DNA from: Auanema rhodensis | Lineage: Eukaryota > Animalia > Nematoda | Assembly (NCBI GenBank): GCA_964057225.1 | Contig: OZ059897.1 | Span: forward strand, 7,874,001 to 7,938,000 | Direction: 5' to 3' | Length of the DNA: 64,000 bases | Shown here: piece after piece, positions 38,901 to 44,082 of the stretch | Layout: the number at the start of each line of letters is the position of its first letter | How positions within the stretch are numbered: the first letter of the stretch is position 1 | The notes under the pieces: generated by a model | Database searches by the model: none | What the model saw: the letters and a program-made list of their open reading frames with translations, nothing else | Told to the model about the DNA's origin: nothing | Made by a program: the position numbers and the translations under genes

Positions 38901-41659
38901 TCATTTGGGTACTGTGGTAAGAGAATGTAATTGCCAGTTGTGGTGTGGAAGATTGGCTGTTTAAAACAAGAAGATATTTGCTTCGGTATCTCTTTTTGAT
39001 CGATTACAAGGGCTGATTGAGTGGTTGGTAACAGAATAATGCCGTCTCCAATTATCACATCATATTCACTCATGTCGATATAGTTGCATCGATATTCATA
39101 AGGCTGTTTCTCCCATATGATGATTGAGGTATCTGATGCACATTCTCCATGATGCGCTAAGCATCCTTCAGTATTTAGTATTAAATTGGAGATTATAGTT
39201 TCATCTGGCATCCGTGTCATAACCCCTCTTTCGATAACCAATCTGGCTTTCTCTTCACATAGTTCATTATTAAAAGATCGGCCTGGCGAGAAGGAAGGCT
39301 CGTCAGTTGCATATGTTATGCTGTCGATCTTCTTTAATTCACTCCAATTCCATCTTCTATCTCTCACTGCCAGTCTGCATTCTGCAGCTGGTATCTTTTC
39401 AATTCTCGCTATCGTTGTATTGGTATCTCTAAGGAACAAAAGGTCTCTGATACACATTTTATGAATTTCTTTGGAGCATCTCCATGCATCCCATTCATGT
39501 GCCGTTTGATTCCTTGTATAAAGATGAACTTTTGTTCGTAAGATATGCTTTATTGGTGGTAATAAGCATTTTCGGAGAGATGGGGGACGGAGAAGGGCTC
39601 CTCCAGTAGCTTTAGTACATAGCTGGTATGCTTCAGCTGTTGTAACCAGTGATAAGATTACTGATAAAGCTACGGCTAAAGTCAAAGGAGATATCAGAGT
39701 CAAATTATTGACTCTTGAGCCTCTACCTCTGCCTCTATTGTTGTTATTTCCCCTAAAGGTACTGTTATTTCTCTGTCTATTATTGCTCATTTCTTGATTT
39801 TGTGATGCATTATGGCTTCTTTGATACCCATTTTGATTTTGATTCTGATAATTTCGACCGCGGTCACCAAAATTGCGGTTCCTAGCAAATGGGTTTTGGA
39901 AATTCCAGCCTTTTTGATTTTTTGAAAATTTATGATAATTTTGATTGTTTTGAAAGTTTGGATGATAATTGTTATAATTATTATAATTTTGATAATTTTT
40001 ATTATTAAAAGATTGATAACCTCTTGCCATACCTCTCCCACCATTGTTTCTGCGCGGGGGGAAAGTTCTTTCAATTGCGTTAACCAATAGCGCCTGAGGG
40101 TCTGCTACTTGGTTTGCAATTGATTCCTCCCAGCGAGCACTATCAACAGCCTCAGCAAAAGTTTTGGGTTTTGCTCGAATTACCCCTGGGCGTATCGTAT
40201 TTTTCAAGCCTCTCAAAAATGTGGACCTCAGAATGTGATCTTTATGAGTATCACTATTAGAGAAAGCATTTAAGCTGAGGTTTCTTAACGTTTGTGCAAA
40301 ACCATCAATTGATAAATCGCCTTGAGTGCTGTTTTGAAGTGTGATAAGGGCAGGGTCTTGATTGTATTCGGGACACAGCTTGGATGTTAACTCTTCTATT
40401 AGGGTAACCCAAGGTCCAGCAGTTCTGACCTTGTCAGGTAGCTCTAAATAAGCTTCCTCTGCTCTATCATTTTTCAATAGTAATGGTAAAATAGTTAGTC
40501 TTTCGGGCATCACTAAGCCTAAGGCGTTAGAAAAGGTATTAAACTTTGCCACGAAATCTCTAAAGTTACGACTTCCGTCGTATATGGGGCAATAAGGTGA
40601 GCTTAATGCGTGCGCAATGGTAGATTTACCAGCTCCCGGAAGACGTGGTGTCTCCGTCATGGTTGGTATATCCTCAGGGTATGTGCGAGATGACGTAATC
40701 CCTTTACTGCCTGAGCTTCTCGCCGTTAAATTCTTACCTCCCTTTTTCGAGTTACCAGATGTTGGATAACTAATGGTAGGGGCGGCTGAGGAGAACCGCT
40801 TCCCTGGGAGTTTGATAATTCGACTCGTTGCCTGAGGCGTCGAATGTATTGATACGCTTGAGCTGGGTATAGCGCTATCTGACTTATTAAGGGTTGGGTT
40901 GGAGGATACGTGAAGAGAGTTATCAACTTGTTCTGTTGTTACCTCCCCTGGAGACAAATTCAAAACTTTTATTAAGCGAGCTGTTAAAGATTTCTTACTT
41001 TTGAACTTATCAGTAGTTAGTGATAAGGGCAAAACTTCGGTAATTTCCTGATTTGGTTCTACGGGATTATTAGAGGTTGAGCGCCTACGCGGTGTATTAG
41101 TTTTTCTTTTATTAATTTTTTTAGAATCAAGCTTTTTCGAATCAAGCTTATCAGTGATAACTGATAAGGGTGATTTGCGAATAGTGAGAGATGAGGTTTT
41201 ATTAAGTTGTGAGTTTTCTATCGGAGTGGAAAATGCCTGCGGTGTTAGAGTTAGTTCAAAAGAAGATGCAAGATCGTTATCAGTATTAACTGATAAAGTT
41301 GATAAGTTTAGGTGGGGAGTGGCTGGTGAAGTATTAGAGGTTATTTGTTTTGGTTTTTGAATTTTTTGAATCTTTTTATTACTTTTAAAAGAGTGTACCT
41401 TTGGAGTTGAAGCTGAAGTTTGAATATTGTAGTCCTGAATATAGAAATCAGGGTCCTCCTCGGTGTTGTCCGGAGGTGAATACGTGCCTTCTCGAGGAAT
41501 GAAGGTTTTCTCGACTTTGGGTTTTACCTCTTGTTCAGGCTCTTCAATCTGAACACTGAGGAGTCGAGTGCGGCTTCTGGTTCGACTGGCGACTGCGATG
41601 TCGTCACTGGACTCAGAAGGGTATAGAGCAGGGACGGCCGAAGAGTATCTTCGTGCCAC
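32954..41659 (-). CDS. gag-env-pol: Gag-Env-Pol single polyprotein (2901 codons; true start uncertain: 41659 is GTG, first in-frame ATG is at 40660)
   Basis: Uninterrupted ORF containing capsid-like Gag, signal peptide, Cys-rich gB-like ectodomain, TM, protease DSG, RT YLDD, RNase H, and integrase HHCC + DD(35)E. Confidence 0.95.
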   Translation of the reverse strand: MARRYSSAVPALYPSESSDDIAVASRTRSRTRLLSVQIEEPEQEVKPKVEKTFIPREGTYSPPDNTEEDPDFYIQDYNIQTSASTPKVHSFKSNKKIQKIQKPKQITSNTSPATPHLNLSTLSVNTDNDLASSFELTLTPQAFSTPIENSQLNKTSSLTIRKSPLSVITDKLDSKKLDSKKINKRKTNTPRRRSTSNNPVEPNQEITEVLPLSLTTDKFKSKKSLTARLIKVLNLSPGEVTTEQVDNSLHVSSNPTLNKSDSAIPSSSVSIHSTPQATSRIIKLPGKRFSSAAPTISYPTSGNSKKGGKNLTARSSGSKGITSSRTYPEDIPTMTETPRLPGAGKSTIAHALSSPYCPIYDGSRNFRDFVAKFNTFSNALGLVMPERLTILPLLLKNDRAEEAYLELPDKVRTAGPWVTLIEELTSKLCPEYNQDPALITLQNSTQGDLSIDGFAQTLRNLSLNAFSNSDTHKDHILRSTFLRGLKNTIRPGVIRAKPKTFAEAVDSARWEESIANQVADPQALLVNAIERTFPPRRNNGGRGMARGYQSFNNKNYQNYNNYNNYHPNFQNNQNYHKFSKNQKGWNFQNPFARNRNFGDRGRNYQNQNQNGYQRSHNASQNQEMSNNRQRNNSTFRGNNNNRGRGRGSRVNNLTLISPLTLAVALSVILSLVTTAEAYQLCTKATGGALLRPPSLRKCLLPPIKHILRTKVHLYTRNQTAHEWDAWRCSKEIHKMCIRDLLFLRDTNTTIARIEKIPAAECRLAVRDRRWNWSELKKIDSITYATDEPSFSPGRSFNNELCEEKARLVIERGVMTRMPDETIISNLILNTEGCLAHHGECASDTSIIIWEKQPYEYRCNYIDMSEYDVIIGDGIILLPTTQSALVIDQKEIPKQISSCFKQPIFHTTTGNYILLPQYPNDTNIHVLIEREYKKLPAKRDKRAIAECTVELNKEWIQKQEDFETLILNICPYPFLRPVMSNPGIYQIIPLIKARRAVNPSYSIIDWVSAHPEKFYFFLRSPVSDKSIQRFLQTYEIHDPEEAILYFLAQKELAATTRGAIRYLTSQQLLEQIGDRLTAHEFDEKLLEKDGSYRERAESIAMELAYTPVIFENNLSVPSRQEVLKSFVNMPPIRPTLTTDNADERIVLRNTLYLYHNLMTLRVIRPNKTAAAVDDEKFRQLTINVPDTNKLYRDKDSNYGISIGPHPRIQNPSADTRQLLIKTFLPLLEDIETPPYLTRRLSLTTTTDKPASLVQETTKSHTTRIPTTTTVETTTAAITTTLSPTTLATVTDTASRILRKQRTSSPPVETREIQAQATYTASKVNNEIQFNLNVSRRIAQDHLQYTTTLIQEELQKHFMESYESICEIQNRYLELWRSILHIEPTIAMRTILGREDIAARFVGSDIVHVHICLPLQPKAVYHNHKINDTCYLETPVITEDERLYFAAPGSRDLLTHGKEIDCEHVPTDVYYQNGEWININGSVEVKPISLFDKAQYHQLTPLKFTGANLYTNLSLRVYSMSTAIAYGASLASIRQNHVLHTIHNDPKITSAFNLLKKGSDYISKAAEFTTSAWTSVKQFLIGSIERTLIFIGSMVTIAAVLIILFVVAKFWFFRATPLTVMHVHEIDNEPPSYEETLELVSRPDQQMPDNIMKQYYPALVTFIPIAIPFVASIVSAETKLPLIYISVEDKLILALWDSGSSVSYVRLSTLKYLNMAENVKKRHLVAMAANKSTFTFYGKINLVIEIAGYEIEHTFLVSNDHDCPAPALIGLDFMKALDSENIDVSLKPSKKRLEIGNNAIPLIGNESIKHTEITVNIINLRTKTLKPDEEAPIPIKTDKPLESNEVVVLGDSGSALKSLYPTAFRDTSGVYVMFRNNTDETIAMEANSVIGQAIIGEIPACEPFKHKPILPYVPPEADWESKLPYFPRDFIKDLDLENADLTKEEKHELTKIIESHREAFLNEDRKIGLFKGPIEHTIPLRTDMDMPKPRITRIPLGKQEEIEKQVKEMLEQGIIEPSTSLFNSPVVLVKKKDDTYRFVTDFRALNNVTRKQTYVIPSISDIVDLAAGAQFFSNFDLVSGFFQISLRKSDRPLTAFTTTSGTYQYKRMPMGLCGAPHTFQTAVRYLQSKCSCKLFVYLDDLLVISDTREQHLKDIDDLLQAVEELGMKIKLKKCAFAQPEVKFLGLIVGRQGIKPDPQKVAAIQDYPAPKNATGVRAFLGMVGFFRKFMKDFARIASPLYDLTKADTEFKWENKHQEALDLLKRSLIQAPVLSPPKSDRLFIVESDGSNIAIGAVLLQPEDPKQPLKNLHPIAFASRKLVKAERNYAPIEIEALGLVYALNQFRTYILGTHTICITDHRPLTSLMTRRDLFGRLAKFQLVIQEYDIEIKYRAGQLNKVCDALSRYIGEEANDAKPETKKKKMEEIHINAINTPTIKEIQLSTPWIKRTIAEIEYRAQKNMTANDRYCVINDLLYTKPTDKKPQPAIVIPQEHPIIEEIIKVFHEDPTIAAHQGIIKTKEAILRRFYWTNMQNDITIFIKNCIKCAQRKKDPHSMTVQPIGHFEIPSKPFERVHMDVMGPFPPSKRNCTYVITMQDAFTKWSTTIAVPQITTEITIDRFLRHFVYIFGPPHRLITDRGSNFVSKKFEEMCTKLGIKHEPTLPHQKNSNGQVERLHRTLEEGLTHYLKEDLSDWDTVLPKITFAINNIQHATTGIAPYIALFGKECRMSMDAELPETITKIQEISEELLQRRPDMDKRDEIIKNRIAKNQENAKKKKDRTQRAHHRDIQPGDMVMTTIKSHQIGQKLRKSYDGPCEVINVEGSKVQIRNSSGKLQDIHKDNLKIFSPASQNISYNTRARFRESQAEEDSDIEIIEVINRNNKDSIDTEPEDENEDEIWLPRNEEE
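33140..34160 (-). other. Integrase domain (approximate limits)
   Basis: HHCC (H2501...CIKC2542). Catalytic D2573 (HMDVMGP), D2633 (TDRGSNF) and E2669 (NGQVER), with 35 residues between the second D and E. C-terminal GPY/F-like module (GDMV...YDGPCEV) followed by an acidic tail; no chromodomain seen. Confidence 0.93.
34450..34830 (-). other. RNase H domain (approximate limits)
   Basis: ESDGSNIAIGAVL (D2284), ERNYAPIEIEALG, TDHRPL, NKVCDALSR. Confidence 0.92.
35080..35700 (-). other. Reverse transcriptase domain (approximate limits)
   Basis: SPVVLVKKKDDTYRFVTDFRALN, FDLVSGFFQI, RMPMGLCGAP, YLDD (35246-35257), VKFLG: Ty3/gypsy-type RT. Confidence 0.96.
36290..36622 (-). other. Aspartic protease domain (approximate limits)
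   Basis: LALWDSGSSVSY (D1695 at 36575-36577) and the downstream LIGLDFM motif. Confidence 0.9.
36827..39703 (-). other. env: Envelope glycoprotein, herpesvirus gB / class III fusogen-like, embedded between Gag and protease (aa 653-1611)
   Basis: Signal-like segment aa 653-677 ending AEA|YQLC, Cys-rich ectodomain with N-x-S/T sequons, furin site RDKR (38837-38848) and TM aa 1585-1606. CEIQNRYLELW..IEPTIAMRTILGREDIAARFVGSDIVHVHIC..CY..PV parallels the gB motif CELQN.EL.LW..NP.AIAS..GR.VSARMLGDVMAVSTC..CYSRP (recalled from HSV-1 gB). Confidence 0.85.
39704..40660 (-). other. gag: Gag: capsid-like region plus N/Q/RG-rich nucleocapsid substitute
   Basis: PIYDGSRNFRDFVAKF...QGDLSIDGFAQTLRNL...FLRGLK...PKTFAEAVDSAR is typical of Ty3/gypsy capsid. 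No CCHC knuckle follows it. Confidence 0.8.
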
Positions 41660-42071
41660 TTTGGAATCACTCTTGGTTCGGAAAAACCGCGAGTGTTTCG
41701 TTATATGGGGGATGTTGACGTTGAATGAGTGACAAGAAATTCGGGTCGGTTATAGGAAAAGTAAGAAACGTTTGAAGATTGAGACGTGGCGTCTTTCGCC
41801 GAGAATCGTTATTAGATGAGAAAGAGTTTTAAAATCTTGGCCTGAGATCTGGCTCCGCCTATCTACCGTATTCTCTTTTCTTTATTCTATTTCACAGATG
41901 TTCATCAATTATAAATTTTTTTGGTCTTCGCTCTTTCTAGCCTCAATCTTAATACTTTACTCTAATTGAATTCTTGAAAGTATGAGAGAGATTTTCAGTC
42001 GTTTTATGTCCCCTTTTTATGCATAAGAATCTTTATATTTGTAGAGCTGAAAAAAAAAAATAAATCAAAGA

Positions 42072-42605
42072 ATGGCTTATGAAGGTCTATCGGGAATGAC
42101 TTTTGTCTTGAGGAAGCTGTACGCTGACCTCGTCTTGTATGATCAAGACGAAGTGTTAGCTTATAGGCCGCACCCAGACATAATTAAGATGGTTGGTTAA
42201 AACAAAGAAACATGTTATCTTAATAAGAATTTTTAGTTTATTGAGGATTTAAAGATGCATTATCTGGGAAGGGGATTAGTAAACTTCTCCCTAATGCAGG
42301 AAATAGCGGATGAGGTTGCAGCTATCCGGCGATGGTGCCTCACCGACTTGTGCGCGCATTGGTATGAAAACCCAAATCTGGTCGCATCCCCTTGGAATTG
42401 GTATGAGCATAAGTCTCATGATTTTTATGATTATATGTCTAAAATTTTGTTTAAAATTTATTTATTTTATGAACAGTCTCCTATGGGCTTATTGCTAAGG
42501 ACCTCTGCGGATTCGGTGTATTCGCAGTATTTAGAGCCTAGCGATGAGCCCATCTCACAGCCTATAGAATTTGTGAGACAGTTGCATTTTAAATGGGGCT
42601 TTTAA
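42072..42605 (+). CDS. Putative spliced antisense accessory gene, 162 aa, unknown function (exons 42072-42191 and 42237-42605)
   Basis: A 40-codon ATG-initiated exon, then a 45-nt AT-rich GT...TTTTTAG intron that removes an in-frame TAA, joining in frame to the 116-aa ORF. AATAAA lies at 42622-42627 and TTTTCAG upstream at 41992-41998. Confidence 0.6.
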
Positions 42606-43575
42606 CAATTGTTTCATATATAATAAATACTTAATTTCACTCATTTGTTCTCTCTCTCTTTTTTTTTTTTTTCCATAACACAAACTTTGGTCGAGCTTAT
42701 TAATAAAGAAGGAGTGCGTGCGCCTTGGGAAAATGGCTCATGTGCACGTTATTATTAAAAGCCGTGGGCGATTCTTTTTCGGAATGATTTTGGCATGCTA
42801 ATGAGATTCCGAGAATATTTAAAAAGATTGCTCATTTTACTAATGGACTGAGACCAAAGCTCGTTTATAAAACGCAATTTTTTTCTTTAAACCATTCTAC
42901 TAATTTATAGAATATTACAATATGAATACTACGGTAGGTGTGTGGGAATATCTTATGATGTTAGCAACAAAAATGAGCTGAGGAAGGTGACACATTCTAC
43001 GGAGAAGAAAACATCCGTAGCCCATGTGCTTTCGCCAAAATGACCTGACAGGCAATAAAATTTGTGCCAGGATTTTTCGGACTAGTGTGGTCTATTCTCA
43101 CAATCAAAAAAAAAATAAAAACCGAATAACGGCTCCCGCAAAAATATTTAGTTAGCATGCTCTTTTACGCCTGAATTTAACTTTCAAATCTCTAGTCCTG
43201 ACCACAATAAAATATTAAACTTTGTGCGCTTTCAAAATTTCATTCTAACTCCTCGTTGCCAAATAATAATGTAATCAAAATTTCGTTTGGTGAAATTGTC
43301 CCCTATTTCGATCCAAACGTCCTCAAAAAAAAATGCAAGAGAAGCGGTGCAGGATACGGTATTATAAGGGTGGACACTCAGACGGTTTTATGAGTGGGGA
43401 CAGCGGGTGAAATTTCAAAATTATGTAGTCCTAGCTCTCTAAAAGAGAGATCCCTTGTACCTGCACCTTATACAAGTTGGCGCCCTCATTATGTTGCTAA
43501 CCGTGGAGGAAGTTTTAATTTAGATATCAAAATATGGACTTTTTATGCGAGTTTTTGCGACAAAAATGAGTTCGA

Positions 43576-43588
43576 GGTGGAACCTCCA
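43576..43588 (-). other. Primer-binding site TGGAGGTTCCACC complementary to the tRNA-Gln 3' end
   Basis: Abuts the 5' LTR. The + strand GGTGGAACCTCCA equals the conserved metazoan tRNA-Gln 3' end (...GGTGGAACCT + CCA). Confidence 0.88.
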
Positions 43589-43954
43589 CGTTCCATTATG
43601 CTCCTACGTATATTGAACAGACCATTGTAGTCTGCTCAACTACGCGTATAGTATTCCATAAGTGTAGCGGTATGGAAACAGAGCATAAGGATTACATAAG
43701 ATAAGGAAATATATAGGTTTATTATACACAATACAATATCATTACAATACATTAACACAAGGATAAAGTAAACTACATTTACAAGACAAAGACTAATATA
43801 TAAGATTAACTAAGTTAGATGCAAACCGTCCATGGGCTTGCAAAGGGGCGAACTCCCGAATAGGGGCATGAGGGAAGGCGGTGCCATTCCTCATTCCTCT
43901 AGTCGGTCTGGCTCTAACCCTGCAGTTACATATATAGAGTCTCCGAATGGAACG
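43589..43954 (-). repeat. 5' LTR, 366 bp
   Basis: Identical to 31884-32249 and followed directly by the PBS in element orientation. Confidence 0.97.
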
Positions 43955-43958
43955 GGAC
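43955..43958. repeat. Target-site duplication GGAC (right)
   Basis: Matches 31880-31883. Confidence 0.85.
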
Positions 43959-44009
43959 CCAATGACTTGTAGTTCGAACTTGATGTGCCAAGATATAACG
44001 AGAGCGTCA

Positions 44010-44082
44010 GCCCGCGTGGCCTAATGGATAAGGCGTCTGACTTCTAATCAGAAGATTGTCGGTTCGATCCCGGCCGTGGGCT
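44010..44082 (+). tRNA. tRNA-Arg-TCT: tRNA-Arg(TCT), first copy after the insertion
   Basis: Consensus sequence; its 5' end is 56 bp from the last base of the element's 5' LTR. Confidence 0.95.

Larger units (their letters stand above)
31884..43954 (-). mobile_element. Full-length env-containing Ty3/gypsy (Metaviridae-like) LTR retrotransposon / endogenous virus, 12,071 bp
   Basis: Two identical LTRs, TSD, PBS, PPT, and an intact ORF with PR-RT-RH-IN order and gypsy-type motifs. Confidence 0.97.

Noticed and set aside
33388-41360. Other short ORFs overlapping the polyprotein on either strand
   Set aside because: They are 66-95 aa, many with non-ATG starts, and have shadow-frame composition.
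43576-43588. Idea that the element is primed by the array's own tRNA-Arg
   Set aside because: An Arg primer would need TGGAGCCCACG; the PBS reads TGGAGGTTCCACC, which matches tRNA-Gln.
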